From Cyanidioschyzon merolae (taxonomy: Eukaryota), in assembly GCA_000091205.1 (NCBI GenBank), contig AP006498.2: a stretch of 64,000 bases of DNA; one strand, 5' to 3'. The notes beneath the pieces were generated by a model that ran no database searches, was not told the DNA's origin, and worked only from the letters and a program-made list of their open reading frames with translations. Shown in pieces: positions 45,016 to 57,127 of the stretch. The stretch's first letter is position 1; every line of letters starts with the position of its first letter. The translations under genes were made by a program, and so were the position numbers.

Positions 45016-47460
45016 GTGGTGACTTGTTCCAGGAGCGTTTTGCGTCAACTGGTGCACACCATGACACTCGGGTTCATTGTGCCAGTTCCTAGAACGCAAC
45101 GCTGGGCTGCGCACTCAATCTGGTTGGGAGCGACTGACAGAGTGCCTCATCCACGAAGTGCGGTGGCTGCAGGGAACGCTATCGTGCGGCGTACTCGACT
45201 CGTTGGAGCTGGGGCGCAACCGCAGCGGCTGAAGCGCGGAACGCTGGCTAGTTTGCGCAGTGTACACGGCGGGAGCGGGCACGTATGGGACAATGTGTCG
45301 TGTGCAAACTCTGGCAGCACGGAATCCGGAGACTTGACACGCAACCGTTTTGCCGTTCACAGGAGGCTGGGGTCGTCCGAGTGGCGTCGCACCTGGAGCG
45401 AGCGACTGGCTGGAGCGCGTCGTTTTCTGGTGGAACGTGCTCGGACGACGCTGCGGCGCTCGCCGCAACTCCTTCGCGAGACTCGACAGCAGGTGCAACG
45501 AGGGGCAGTCTGGTGCGAGCAGCGGCTTCGGCTGCTTGCCGCAAACATGCTCAAATATCTCGAGTGGATGTCGAAACTTCGGCAGCGCCGCAGGGCTCGT
45601 TCGCCTTCTGCCGAATGGGGTCTCGTACTGGAGGCAGGCTGGGCGCGCCGCGGTTTCGGCTCTCCAGCGAGTCGGGCAGTGGAAATCTGGTCGTTTGCGC
45701 TTCATCAGGTGTGGATGGAATTGCGTCTGCGTCGAGTTCAGGATTCGAAGCAACGCGCTGCGCTGCGCCGCCGGAACGCCCGCGCGCTCAAGGAGGGCCT
45801 CCTCCGTCTCGGACCGACGTTCATCAAGCTTGGACAACTCGCGAGCACGCGCGTGGACCTCTTCCCCCGTGAGTATATCGAAGAGCTTGTCTCATTGCAG
45901 GATCGCGTTCCACCGTTCAACATTCGCGTTGTGCGCCAGATCATCAGGGAGGACCTCGGTCGCGACATCGAGGAGCTCTTTGATACGTTCGAAGAGGAGC
46001 CCATGGCGGCCGCATCGCTCGGCCAAGTGCACAAAGCGCGCATCAACGGACAAGACGTGGCTGTGAAGGTACAACGCGCCGGACTCCGGGAGCTTTTTGA
46101 TGTGGATCTGAAGAACTTGCGTCTGCTCGCGCAGATGCTAGACTGGCTGGATCCGAAGACAGACGGCGCCTCACGAAACTGGGTGGAAATCTACAATGAG
46201 TCGGCGCGGCTGCTCTACGAGGAGATTGACTACGAAAACGAAGCACAGAATGCGCGAGAGTTTGCAGACAACTTTGAGCGATCCACTCGGGCGTTCGGGG
46301 GCGCAAATGATTGGGTGCGCGTCCCCAGAATTCTCGATGCCTACACGTCCAAGCGAGTGCTGGTCATGGAGTACGTGAAAGGCACCAAAATCAGCGCCGT
46401 GGAGGCGCTCGACGCCCTCGGTCTCGATCGAAAGCTACTTGCAGAGCGACTCGGGCGTTTCTTCCTGGAACAAACGCTGCGGCATGGTTTTATTCACTGT
46501 GATCCGCATCCGGGAAACATCGCAGTAGACGAAGAAGGCAGGTTGCTGGTCTATGATTTCGGCATGTGCCAGCGCCTGACTGCCAAAGTGCGCCGGGCCG
46601 TCGTGAACCTTGTCTTCGCGACCTACGAGAACGATGTTGCAGCCTTTGTGGATGCGCTGGCGGAAATGGGTGTCCTGAAACAAACCGCTGACAGGCTTAC
46701 CGTATACCGCATCGCCCGGTACTTCCTCAAAGCGTTCCGGGAACGCCTCGACGGCACTGCCGTGCAACTGGGCGGCGTCGCGGGTGCAGAGGCCACTGGC
46801 GAACAGCCGCCAGCACCAGAGACGACAACAAATCCGTTACCGAGTCTGCCAGTGGTGGACAGGAAGCTTGCACGCCAAATGACGCTAGAGAAGAGGCTCT
46901 CGGCAATCGGAGAGGAGCTGCTAGCAGTGGCCGACGATCAGCCGTTCCAGTTTCCGGCAGTCTTTACCTTCGTTTTCCGTGCATTGACCTCCATCGACGG
47001 TGCAGCCAAGGCACTGGACCCCGCCTTCGATATCACACGTCTCACCAAGCCGTACCTGCGTGATCTCATCGACCTCCGCGATGGATCCATAGCAAAGACC
47101 GCGTTGAAAACCGCCACCAAAGCGCTGGGTTGGCGCAAAGAGGACCTCGCCAGCGTCGTCACGCAGCCCCGAAAAGTCGCCTATATCGAATCGGTACTGC
47201 GGAAGATAGAGACGGGCGACCTCAAGATTCGCGTGAGAACGCTGGAAATCGAGCGCTCTTTCAAACTGCTCAGCGTCATGGTCGAAATTTTAGGTCACGG
47301 CATGCTCGCAAGCATCTTCATGAACATGGCACTCGCCGGGGTCTTCGCATCTGCCTGTTACCTTGGAGCAGCAGTGTGCGGTGTGCGCGCACTCGTCGGT
47401 TTTCTCAACTTGCGCATCATCCAACAACGACAGGCAAAGTACGCTCGTGGCGGGAATTAA
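45016..47460 (+). CDS. ABC1/ADCK (UbiB-family) atypical protein kinase, 814 aa (true start may be an internal Met)
   Basis: ABC1-domain signature 'FIKLGQLASTRVDLFPREYIEELVSLQDRVPPF', then 'AAASLGQVHKARINGQDVAVKVQRAGL' and 'HGFIHCDPHPGNIAVDEEGRLLVYDFGM'. Confidence 0.85.
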   Translation: MVTCSRSVLRQLVHTMTLGFIVPVPRTQRWAAHSIWLGATDRVPHPRSAVAAGNAIVRRTRLVGAGAQPQRLKRGTLASLRSVHGGSGHVWDNVSCANSGSTESGDLTRNRFAVHRRLGSSEWRRTWSERLAGARRFLVERARTTLRRSPQLLRETRQQVQRGAVWCEQRLRLLAANMLKYLEWMSKLRQRRRARSPSAEWGLVLEAGWARRGFGSPASRAVEIWSFALHQVWMELRLRRVQDSKQRAALRRRNARALKEGLLRLGPTFIKLGQLASTRVDLFPREYIEELVSLQDRVPPFNIRVVRQIIREDLGRDIEELFDTFEEEPMAAASLGQVHKARINGQDVAVKVQRAGLRELFDVDLKNLRLLAQMLDWLDPKTDGASRNWVEIYNESARLLYEEIDYENEAQNAREFADNFERSTRAFGGANDWVRVPRILDAYTSKRVLVMEYVKGTKISAVEALDALGLDRKLLAERLGRFFLEQTLRHGFIHCDPHPGNIAVDEEGRLLVYDFGMCQRLTAKVRRAVVNLVFATYENDVAAFVDALAEMGVLKQTADRLTVYRIARYFLKAFRERLDGTAVQLGGVAGAEATGEQPPAPETTTNPLPSLPVVDRKLARQMTLEKRLSAIGEELLAVADDQPFQFPAVFTFVFRALTSIDGAAKALDPAFDITRLTKPYLRDLIDLRDGSIAKTALKTATKALGWRKEDLASVVTQPRKVAYIESVLRKIETGDLKIRVRTLEIERSFKLLSVMVEILGHGMLASIFMNMALAGVFASACYLGAAVCGVRALVGFLNLRIIQQRQAKYARGGN

Positions 47461-49077
47461 GTATCCCACAGTGGCTGCCAGCAGTCACTGCAACAGTCAT
47501 AGCGCTTGAGAAGCGTTGTCGCATACGCTTGGCGCTTTTTCCAAACCAAAACAGGTTGTTGACGTATACGTACGAATATCGAATACTGGGCTACCATAGC
47601 CGGTCATCGATTGGCCAGGCAAATCGTTCACGGTGTAAATATACGGCGCTCCAGTGTGTGGTGCTGGACCGCTGAACCCTACCATACCAGTACCTGATCC
47701 CAGGCGAGTACGCAGTGCCCTCTCTCCTGGCCAAGGATATTTTGTTTCTCGAGAGCCTGCCCCGTTTCACCACAATGTCCACCATGGATACGAAATCATT
47801 CACTGGAACGTTCGCTCAACAGCAAGGCGATGGATGTTCATCCAGCACGAGACGTTTCCGAATATTGATCGAGGCGGTCGAATATCGATGAAGAGAAAGT
47901 ACTTGCGAACATCGTTGCAGGCGGCATCGTATTCTAGCAAGTCGCTCGTTTTCGTCTGCCCCGCCGAGTAACCTGAAGTCTGCTTCCCGTGCACCATCTG
48001 CTGCATGCGGCACATGTTTCACGGTATGCTGCTGAACCAGGTTCGGCTTGCATCCGTACCCGTGATGCACGTCTGTCGTCCTGAACGTATCGATGGGAAT
48101 CGTCGGGTAACGATTCTCGGACGCTCTGTGAGTGCGCGCTGTCGCTTGTCGGGCGCCATATGCTGCCATCAAAAACCACGCGACTTGCCCGTCGTTTCCT
48201 TTTAGGGTTCGTGGAACAAGTCGGCGGTTGCACGACGATGGCCGTGGTACATCCGAAACCGACGTCCAGCCTGGCGCAGTCGCATGTGTGCTGACCCAGG
48301 ATCTCCTTCTTGATCCACTTGGAAACTCATGGATGCTCTGAATGATGTGTACAAAGCATCGGCCTTGTGCTCGGTACGGTACTGTGGGCTTCGTACGAGG
48401 TATCGACGCCCTCATTGCAGCTGATGGTACGCCTCGGGGCGTCCACGATGCCTGATACCCGATCATGCCGAACCCCGGAGAGAGGTTGAGCGGCCTCACC
48501 TGGTTGCCGTTCAGATCTTGGGTTCCGTCGTTTCTATATATGGGGGTACGGCGACCGCCGTGATGCACACGAAGCCGGGACCCCGCTTACCGTAAACGTA
48601 TACCCTTCATGTACGTTCAGCGGTTGAACGTGAGTCTCGTTGCTCGACTCTGGACCAGGTTTCTAAAAAAATTGCGTGGAAATGGAGATGCCTTGCATCT
48701 GTATCCTCCCTGCAGAAGTCTTTCCATTTTATATTCTCTGTAAACGACAAAGCTTGAACGAGCTCTGCGAACGCTGTCTAAGATGTAGGTCGAATGCTTC
48801 ATAGTTGCTCACAGAGACTGGCTCCTTGTTCGCTTTTTTCTTTATTTTTCTGGTTCACATGGATGTACTGGCTGCATTCGATTTCAGGTTTTGTTCCCGC
48901 GGGACCTGGACGCACGCTGTGAACGGTGGCACTGAAAATCGCCTTTTCTATGGATGCATCTACGGTTCCTCAAGTAATACGTTGTCAGCTTCTCTGCCTC
49001 CAGCATGTCCGCAGACCGAAACGCACAGTTTCATTTCCTCTCATGAACAAACAGATGCGCAACAGCGCGATTCAGTT

Positions 49078-49970
49078 CTAGTGAACGCACTGGAGAACGT
49101 CAAGTCGTAAAACAGTTTTTCGATTAACGGTGTCACGGATGCGACTGACTCGTCTATAAATCACAGAGCGCCAGATGCGGCGTATGGCTACAGAAAAGTC
49201 GCCTTCGACTGGACTGAACCAGCGAGCATAGGCAGGCACAACGCGCAGCTCAACCCCAGGATCAGCAGCATATTCCAGGTCAGGTATTGAATGATGGAAT
49301 TCGGCGCTGTCTATAAGCAAAAACAGAAGCATCTGGAAAGGAGAAGCTACGAATTGTGCATCGACGAAAGATGCGTCGCTGAACAATCCTGCTGATATTG
49401 CGATTTGTGAGCGCCCATATGCATCAATCACAGCGAGAGCTGGTGTTGGCGCTTTGGTCGCTTTCATGCGAAACAAGAGCAGTTTGCCTGCTTTGGGGTA
49501 CCCACATACCAGTATATTGTTTCTTCCGGATACCGTCTCATCGATTGACACGAAGACGTGCATCTCTTGTGACGAACGTTTGCGTTTCAGAACGAAATCC
49601 ATAGCCTTGTCCAGCACGTGACAGTCTACCGCAGACGCACACCGGTCTCTTTGGGTAAGCGTGCCTCTTCATCGCCGTTCGGGGCAGCGGTATGCTAAAA
49701 TCAGATTCTGTGGCTTTTTTGATAGAATTTCTTAGAGAACGTATGGAATCGGATGCATTGACGATGGGAATGGTGAATAAATAGGCTCTCGGAAGTTCTG
49801 TAGATGGGGCATGATCTTCAGGATACGGAGCAAGATAAGCGTCGTTCATGGACATGCGGACTGCAGAACGAATAGCTTGTACAAGTAAGGTAGTTTTTCG
49901 CAAGCGATCATTGCCAGCAGAACTTCTTTCCATGATCTGCTTCGAATCCAGCGAATATATTCCTCTCATA
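49078..49970 (-). mobile_element. Degenerate Tc1/mariner-like DDE transposase relic (copy C)
   Basis: 'IDSAEFHHS...GVELRVVPAYARWFSPVEGDFSVAIRR' (49078..49617, -) aligns with copy A 'ELLFVPAYSPRLNPVE' and copy B 'LDNVAFHHF...LLVIPLHTPWLMPIEGLFSIVK'. The upstream ORF (49538..49969, -) has the HTH-like '...IRSLRNSIKKATESDFS...HAYPKRP', compare copy B 'YSPKKRP'. Confidence 0.45.
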
Positions 49971-51316
49971 ATACAGCTTTTTGAAAAACAAGCAAAACCA
50001 AAAAAGGCAAGCTGATGCAGGTTCTCAAGAATTCACTGCTTGGTGAAGTAACGAGCAATGCATCAACGCTGCCGCTCGCTTGGATTGCGTCCCTGCGCGT
50101 AGACTTGGACCGCACTGTAGGCGAAACAGCTTCCAATGGAAATCCAAAGAGGAGAGAGACTGGCGTACTGACAACCTGCAATAAGAGAGCGGAATACGAA
50201 GCAGTCGCGGGTAGAGCTCGTAAACGCTGGTGTTGATGATAGCTAGAAGAGAACGGAAAACTTCATAATGAACGCCCATGTTCGCGAGGCGGATCCTGTT
50301 CCATTTTATGCTCACCTGCACGTACGCGTGAAAAGTCTCCGATGAAAACGCGTTGCAGCGTAGCGCATCGCCAGACAGCAAAACAGGAGACGCCGTTCAG
50401 CTCAAGTCCTGGCAACGGCAACCGCTGCTGCTTCTCTACTGCATCGCACGCTCGTAGCGGAACCGCGGGTTCGTGGCTACTGCCGCACATCCGCCTCGTG
50501 TATGCCTTGCCTCTGACGGGAGCAGCACTGTTTTGCACATACATCACACCGTGAACGCTTTTGCGACTGCAAGTTGCAGACAAGGGAACACGAACGCACT
50601 GGCGGAGACTGGTGTTGCGCAGGACACGCCCTGCTTGGTGTTCTGGTCGAGAACGCTTCGATGATGAGGCACGTTTAACCGCCGTTCAAGTCGTCGCCAC
50701 TATCCCTGGCGCGAAATCGATCGATGGACACATCCCTCGAGGTGCTGCGAAAAGCGTCGCTTCAACCGGACGCAAAGCGAGACGCGCAAACCGCATCGAG
50801 ATTCCGTACCAGAGAAAGCATCGAAGCAGGAGCGACGAAGGCGATATCGCGGATACCGAAACACGATCACGATCGCTATTGAGGTTCGCAGCCGAAGACT
50901 CTGTATGGAATGTATCGTTGGTTGCGACGCAGTTGCGAGGTGCAATCATCAAGTCCAGCCATGTGGCAGGGCCTTAGCGCAAACGATTCTCTTGGATCCA
51001 GTTCTGGATCGTGCATACGCAAGTGAGGCATCGAGCAACGTCTGATTGTGCAGTTTGTTTTGCGGCGAGCACGGAGCATCTCGTGTGTGCGAGCAAATAC
51101 GAGGTCCGAGTGGCTTCTCTCGGCGGAATACGGAGCTCGTCCTCCAGGCGACGACGCCGAGAAAGACGTTTCACGAACGCATCTCCAGCGAGTCCATGCG
51201 TCTATGCAACGCGCTTTCCCGTGCTCCATATAGAGCTAACGTAATCGTTGCATCCACTGGATAAGAAACCGCTCGCTCAATGCATGTCGGCCTCATCTCG
51301 ATTAGGGGTCTCCATG

Positions 51317-52795
51317 CTAGGGCTTTTTGTTCAGAGGCCCATCCATAACACCTTCCCGATGGTAAAATTCATCGAGAATCTTCTGGGACACACGTTTCAG
51401 AAGGTGCGCGGGGAATGTGCGTAGCAAACTCCAGGCCAGGTCCAGGGATTCGTAAACAGAGCGGTTCTCGTTACGACCTTGATGAATGAACTTGGACTCA
51501 AACTTTGCCAGAAAATCGAGGTGCAGATGATCTTCTGCGGTAAGCGCCTCCTCACCGATGATCGCTTTCATTGCCATCACATCCTTGCCAATCGCGTACG
51601 CAGCATATAACTGGTTGCTCACGTCACTATGGTCTCGTCGAGTCATGCCTTCGCCTATGGCACTCTTCATGAGGCGCGACAACGACGGCAACGGGTTCAC
51701 CGGTGGATAAATCTCACGGCTGTGAAGCGCTGCGTCCAAGAATATTTGGCCCTCGGTGATGTAGCCAGTAAGGTCGGGAATCGGGTGCGTGATATCACCG
51801 TTCGGCATGGTGACAATCGGGATCTGGGTGATCGATCCTTTGCAGCCTTCGACGCGGCCAGCTCTCTCATAGAGTGAGCTCAAATCCGAGTACATGAACG
51901 AAGGGTAGCCGCGGCGCCCTGGTACCTCCTCCCGAGCCGCGCTGACCTCGCGCAATGCGTCACAGTATGAAGCCATATCCGTAAGAATGACCAGCACGTG
52001 CAATCCGCAGTCGTATGCCAGATACTCGGCAGTGGTCAGCGCCAGGCGCGGTGTAATGATGCGTTCAATCGTTGGATCGCTGCTCATGTTCAGGAAGAGC
52101 ACCGTGCGGGTCATGGCTCCGTTTTCTTCAAAATCGCGGCGGAAGAAGCGAGCTGTCTCCTGGGTCGCACCCATTGCTGCGAAAACGATGGCAAACTGAT
52201 CGTCGTTGGCATCATTCTTCTTTGTGCCGGGTGGTCGCACCAGGCACGCTTGGCGACATATTTGTGCGGCGACCACATCACTAGGCAGGCCACTGGACGT
52301 GAAAATGGGAATCTTCTGACCGCGGGCGACGCTCATCATGACATCGATCGTCGAGATGCCGGTCTGGAACATTTCCTGCGGATACATACGTCGCTGCGGA
52401 TTGATCGGCGATCCATTGATATCCGCAAGCTTTTCGGGGAGAAAGGCGGGCCCCCCGTCGATGGGCCTCCCAGAGCCGTCGAAAACGCGCCCCAGCATGT
52501 CCCGCGAGAGTGGCATGCGCAGTACGTCGCCGGTAAACTCGATGACCGTCCCGCCGCTATCGATTCCGTAGGTACCCTCGAAAACCTGAACGACAGCACG
52601 ATCACCGTTTACTTCCAGCACCTGACCGCGTCGCCTGGTTCCATCGGAGAGCGTGATCGTCACGATCTCTGCGTACCGCGGTTGACGCACCCGCTCGAGC
52701 ACGACGAGCGGCCCGTTCACTGCTGCCACAGTGCGGTACGTTAAGCGCGGCTTGACGTCTTCGAACCGATGCGACTCTACTTTTGTACTCTCCAT
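51317..52795 (-). CDS. VMA2: V-type proton ATPase subunit B, 492 aa
   Basis: Colinear with V-ATPase B throughout: '[17 protein letters not shown]', '[15 protein letters not shown]', '[28 protein letters not shown]', C-terminal 'LLRTFP...LDEFYHR'. Confidence 0.95.
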   Translation of the reverse strand: MESTKVESHRFEDVKPRLTYRTVAAVNGPLVVLERVRQPRYAEIVTITLSDGTRRRGQVLEVNGDRAVVQVFEGTYGIDSGGTVIEFTGDVLRMPLSRDMLGRVFDGSGRPIDGGPAFLPEKLADINGSPINPQRRMYPQEMFQTGISTIDVMMSVARGQKIPIFTSSGLPSDVVAAQICRQACLVRPPGTKKNDANDDQFAIVFAAMGATQETARFFRRDFEENGAMTRTVLFLNMSSDPTIERIITPRLALTTAEYLAYDCGLHVLVILTDMASYCDALREVSAAREEVPGRRGYPSFMYSDLSSLYERAGRVEGCKGSITQIPIVTMPNGDITHPIPDLTGYITEGQIFLDAALHSREIYPPVNPLPSLSRLMKSAIGEGMTRRDHSDVSNQLYAAYAIGKDVMAMKAIIGEEALTAEDHLHLDFLAKFESKFIHQGRNENRSVYESLDLAWSLLRTFPAHLLKRVSQKILDEFYHREGVMDGPLNKKP

Positions 52796-53027
52796 CAGTC
52801 ACCGGAAGCTCTCTCGGTCCAGAGCAAGAGAAACGCGATTCGATTCGGGTTGGGTGCAACGATTTGCGCTGTTGCTTGACCTGAGCTCGCCGCTCGGTGC
52901 CGAGAAGCTTACGCCTGGAGCCTGTTGCCGAAGTATGTACGGGTAGCAGTTGCTCAGACCCCGAAACACCGTAAGCGAACCGCGCTTTGTGTCTCCCGGT
53001 GAGTCAGGAATACGCACTAATAAACGA

Positions 53028-53047
53028 ACAAACAAACAAACAAACAA
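53028..53047. repeat. (ACAA)5 microsatellite in the V-ATPase B / GLOD4 divergent intergenic region
   Basis: Direct read: 'acaaacaaacaaacaaacaa'. Confidence 0.9.
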
Positions 53048-53279
53048 AGAGTTTTCTCTGAAGCGCCACAACTGCAATAATGATAACCTGCACCAGGGAT
53101 GCCTGCAGCGACGCACGCTTCAGGCAAAACGTGCCATCGCTGGCGCTCGCTTTAGCCTGCACCGGCATTCCGTACGAGGCTGGAGGTGTACAAGCGACGG
53201 GTCAAACGGCAACGGGTTCGCATCTGAACTAGCCACTTGTGTTACCGGGCAGTTTCTCAGTGACGATTTGCAGTGCTTC

Positions 53280-54458
53280 ATGGCAACCGAGGAAACAACG
53301 CGGCGTTTTCGTGCGTTGCACTGGGTGTTCAAGGATCCCGACCGGCGAAAGACCTATGAATTCTATCGGACAGTGCTGGGGATGAAGGTCCTTCGGCACG
53401 AGGAGTTCGACAGTGAGTGCAAAGCTTCGTGTAACGGACCCTACGACAACCGCTGGTCCAAGACCATGTACGGTTTCGGACCTGAAAGCGAGTATTTTGC
53501 GTGTGAGTTAACCTACAACTACCCTATCAAGAAGTATGCGTTAGGAAACGACCTGCGCTTCGTCGAGCTTGCCTCCACCACCATACAGGAACGCGTTCGG
53601 AACTCAGGTTGGCCTTTCGAAGAGATCCAGACTGGCTCTGTGCTCGAGTTGCGTGCACCCGGTGGTTACGTTTTTCGCTGTTGCGGTGACGATGCGCTCA
53701 CCGAAGCGGGAAAACCACCTAGCAAGCGGCTCCGAACGGATATAAAGCAGGACGGGAAGAGCGTTTCCGCTGCACAAAACGCAGAACAGCGCGTCACGGA
53801 ACCTGATCCCTTTCGGAAGATTTCACTTCACGTGACTGATATTGAGCGATCCATCTCGTTCTACCGGGATGAACTGGGAATGCAGCTCGAGGGCAGGTCC
53901 AGCGACCCGGAGGATTGCGTTCGTTTGCGATACCCGGGCGACGCTTTCGTGGTCGAGCTCGTGGCGCTTCCAGCGGGTACCGCGCTGGACCACGGAGAGG
54001 CATACGGAAGAATCGCATTTTCCATCTCCGGATCGCCTCTGGATATCGAAAAAAAGATCAACGAGAATCCCAAAACGCTCGGTCGCGTACAAACTCCCCT
54101 GGTTGCACTGGACACGCCAGCCAAGGCAACGGTTGAAGTGGTGATCCTTCAGGACCCAGACGGGTACGAGATATGTTTCGTTGGTGAGAGCGCGTTCAAC
54201 GAACTCTGCGTACCAGATCCGGATGCAGAAGCATGCCTCCAGGAAGCGATGGATGCAGACCGTTCTGACGAGGTTCCATTATGGCGAGCGGCGCCAGAAG
54301 CGACCGACAAGGACTCGAAAGCTGCAGAGGAGACGCACGCCGTCGACGCCAACGAGCCTGCTGCAGCAACAGAAGACCGAAAGTCTTCGAAAAAGCACTT
54401 GGAGAACGATACACAGAACGACGCTCCAGGCAGTACCGCTGAGCCATCCGCCACCTAA
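53280..54458 (+). CDS. GLOD4: Glyoxalase domain-containing protein 4-like (VOC superfamily, duplicated glyoxalase folds) with acidic C-terminal tail; start placed at internal Met 53280 (longer ORF opens at 52950)
   Basis: 'RALHWVFKDPDRRKTYEFYRTVLGMKVLRHEEFDSECKASCNGPYDNRWSKTMYGFGPESEYFACELTYNYPIKKY' closely parallels GLOD4 (RALHFVFKV.DR.KT..FYR..LGMKVLRHEEF..GCKA.CNGPYD.KWSKTM.GFGPE...F..ELTYNYG). A second VOC module ('ISLHVTDIERSISFYRDELGM') follows. The 110 codons upstream of 53280 run through the (ACAA)n intergenic microsatellite and are probably not coding. Confidence 0.8.
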   Translation: MATEETTRRFRALHWVFKDPDRRKTYEFYRTVLGMKVLRHEEFDSECKASCNGPYDNRWSKTMYGFGPESEYFACELTYNYPIKKYALGNDLRFVELASTTIQERVRNSGWPFEEIQTGSVLELRAPGGYVFRCCGDDALTEAGKPPSKRLRTDIKQDGKSVSAAQNAEQRVTEPDPFRKISLHVTDIERSISFYRDELGMQLEGRSSDPEDCVRLRYPGDAFVVELVALPAGTALDHGEAYGRIAFSISGSPLDIEKKINENPKTLGRVQTPLVALDTPAKATVEVVILQDPDGYEICFVGESAFNELCVPDPDAEACLQEAMDADRSDEVPLWRAAPEATDKDSKAAEETHAVDANEPAAATEDRKSSKKHLENDTQNDAPGSTAEPSAT

Positions 54459-55053
54459 GCGTGTCTTCGAACAGGGTAGGCGCCGATGGAGGCGGGGCTG
54501 TTTCGGTTGCCGCCCCGTCAACACGTTCTTTCTTTGCATTCATCGTTCTGGCTTGGCAGCGGGACAGTCACAGGGACGGCACTTCTGGACAGCGTCTGGG
54601 AAGCTTGCCAGTTTTCGCATAGATGCTTCAAAGGACGTCTTTGGTGCGCGTATCGACGTGAGGCACTGGAATACAGGGCGCTTTTCAATCGACAAAGGTA
54701 TCGCCCTGGTCCAGCGCGCAAGCCACTCGCTGGTCCGTCGACGCTTATTCGGACACGAGTTCTGCTCAGATGAACACGGAATGCTGGCCTGCTCCTGCTT
54801 ATCGATTTTTTCTGAACTTTTTCTAGATGCACAGGCTCGATAATGAAAGTGCGGTTATAAGGGTTTACGAATTCGAACCAAGTTTTAGGACGGTTTATTG
54901 TGCTTTCGAGGTGACTGCGTTGACGCTCTGCCACCGGAATGCGTTGCGTCAGCGTAATCGAGATGATTCGCGACGCCGACGAACAAGGGTCTCGTTCCAT
55001 ATCCGATTCCATCATCCAGTTCTATCGTATGAGCCTCCACGCTTCTCCTTTTT

Positions 55054-55527
55054 TTACGTGTAGTGTGCTCGAATCACCCATGGTTTAACTTTCCGATCTT
55101 TCTTTTTCAAGGCAACTCGCAGGTACAGGACTTCATGCCGCTGGATTGACGAGGCGAAAAACGCGACCGCAACCTTTGACGGCTTGTCTATAAATTCATG
55201 CCGAAATTTCTCTGAACTTGTCATGTCAAACGGTAGATTCCATTCGAAAGTCGAATCCGCGTCTTGCTGAGGGCATCGAAAAAACCCGTATTCCACAGCA
55301 GCATGATACCTGTCAGAACCTATGCCCCCAGAAGCTAGGCTTTCTTCTTCCATGAAACGACGAGGTCCTGGACTCGGACCTGCGCTCTCGTAGCGATCGC
55401 TTCCGGCGGAAAACGCATCAGTGTTCTGCACAAACGCATTGTCTACGGATCGAGACTGCTCGATCTGTTCTTCAGCATCTATTTTCCTTACGGCACTTGT
55501 TTCAGAATGAAAAACATCCAGTTCCAA
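55054..55527 (-). CDS. Hypothetical protein, 157 aa (no recognisable domain)
   Basis: Isolated ORF in otherwise gene-free spacing. Codon usage is similar to neighbouring genes. I recognise no motif. Confidence 0.25.
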   Translation of the reverse strand: MELDVFHSETSAVRKIDAEEQIEQSRSVDNAFVQNTDAFSAGSDRYESAGPSPGPRRFMEEESLASGGIGSDRYHAAVEYGFFRCPQQDADSTFEWNLPFDMTSSEKFRHEFIDKPSKVAVAFFASSIQRHEVLYLRVALKKKDRKVKPWVIRAHYT

Positions 55528-57127
55528 AAATCCTCTATTTCATGGAACAGCGCGCGTTTACTTGTGCAGTAGACAGAGTCTTCACCCAGTGAGTCGGCCA
55601 GAAAAAGCCCGTAATCGGTAGGTGCGGCAGCGGACGCGGAGACGGAGGAGAGTGTCGAGAAGGGCCCCTCTGTACACGTTGATGGCATTCACCGAGCGAC
55701 GGAGCAAGCCTTCACGCGCCGTGGGTGACGCTTCGAGGACAAGGTCTCCGGCGGACATCCCCGAACAACCAAACGGAGCCAAGTGCCACCGTAGCGACGG
55801 GCGTACCGTGGCTGCATGAATCGACAATGCAAATGGAAGCGAAGCTTCGTTCGCAGTGATACGCATCCGATGCATCGATTGAAGCGGAATCAGCGAATCT
55901 GGACTTGACGCTGCCACCAACATCCTTCGACTTCTAGTAACGGCGCTGGAGTTACAGGAGAGACTCTGGACCATTTAAAGCCGGGGGATGAAGAGAACAA
56001 AAGGAAGCAATCTTCTGGTATTTCACCTCAGTTGTGCTCCATTCCCCGGGTGCGTGTCATCAAATGCTTTCTCGCAGTTGATACAAGGCGCGTGTGAAAA
56101 GCGTCCATTTTCAAAAACAGCTCGAAGGGAAAAGTATGGGCATGGAAGCCGGGCATCCTCGAGGCCCGGTGTCGCAGCCTGCCATGAAAAAAAACGAGAA
56201 AAATCCTCTTCTCGTCGACCTTCGAGCGAAGAAGAAGAAGAGAGTAGTGATCGGCGACAACAGGTGTTTGCCCGACAGGACGACGACGAGACCGTACTGG
56301 CACAGAGGGCAAGCGTTCGAGGACTCCCTGCAATGCTGAGTTCAACCAGCGCCAATGCATGCAAGACGTTCGTGAACCGAGACTTGAACGGCGCCAGCCA
56401 TTTCAGAAGATATGCGGTGCTGAATTCGAGACCTGAAGAGCTGAGGCTATCCAATTTTGTGGGGAAGCCTCTCAGGCTCGAAGCATGCCAGGAGGAACTG
56501 AAACCAATAACAAGCGGCCGATCGAAAAAAAGGCCCCGAGGCGCCATTGACTGTGTATTCGAGTACGCGCTCGAGCCGACGCCCTCACTGGTACCGCGAC
56601 GCCGTTCTGCGGTCGTGCAACGATCGCACCAGTGCTATAGACGCTATTGCGGACGCTCTGGACAGGCATTCGGCGCACGACAGAACCTACGAATCGGAAA
56701 GTATATCCGAGCACAAGTACGGTTCATGAAACTTGGAAGAGCTTCGAAAGAAGGGCGCGCTGATACCAAGCGCCGACTCGCAAAACCCAGACTTCAATGT
56801 CCATGTTTGTCCAGAAAAAAAATCAGCTGGCGGGCCGGCGCGCACGCAGCTGGGCGCGGGACGCAACGGGGCCGCAGGGCGTCACGGCAGCGGGTCATTG
56901 TTTTCGTGCATCGCTTGGTGCAATTGTTGTTGGTGTTGTTGTCCTGTTCGTAAGGAGCGGGTTGCGGCGTTCACGGTGGATAGATTGAGGCCTTTTATAG
57001 TGTTCGATAGTGGGAGCGTCTTTATTTGGGGATTCACGTGCTGCAGACGAGCAACAGCGGTCGGAAAACGGCAGTTGTCTCTGTTGTGCTGCTTACCCGC
57101 TGGTAGAGACCGCGCCGGCCTCGGCAG

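Noticed and set aside
45115-46066. Several 200-240-aa ORFs on both strands overlapping the ABC1 kinase gene
   Set aside because: They are alternative-frame or antisense ORFs within a strongly supported CDS, with Arg/Ala/Ser-rich composition typical of GC-rich out-of-frame translation.
54181-54843. 220-aa + strand ORF overlapping the 3' end of GLOD4
   Set aside because: It is an alternative frame of the GLOD4 acidic tail and downstream region, with a low-complexity Arg-rich translation.
55988-56953. 321-aa Lys/Arg/Ser-rich + strand ORF
   Set aside because: It overlaps an equally long minus-strand ORF, has low-complexity composition and no motif. There is insufficient support to call a CDS.
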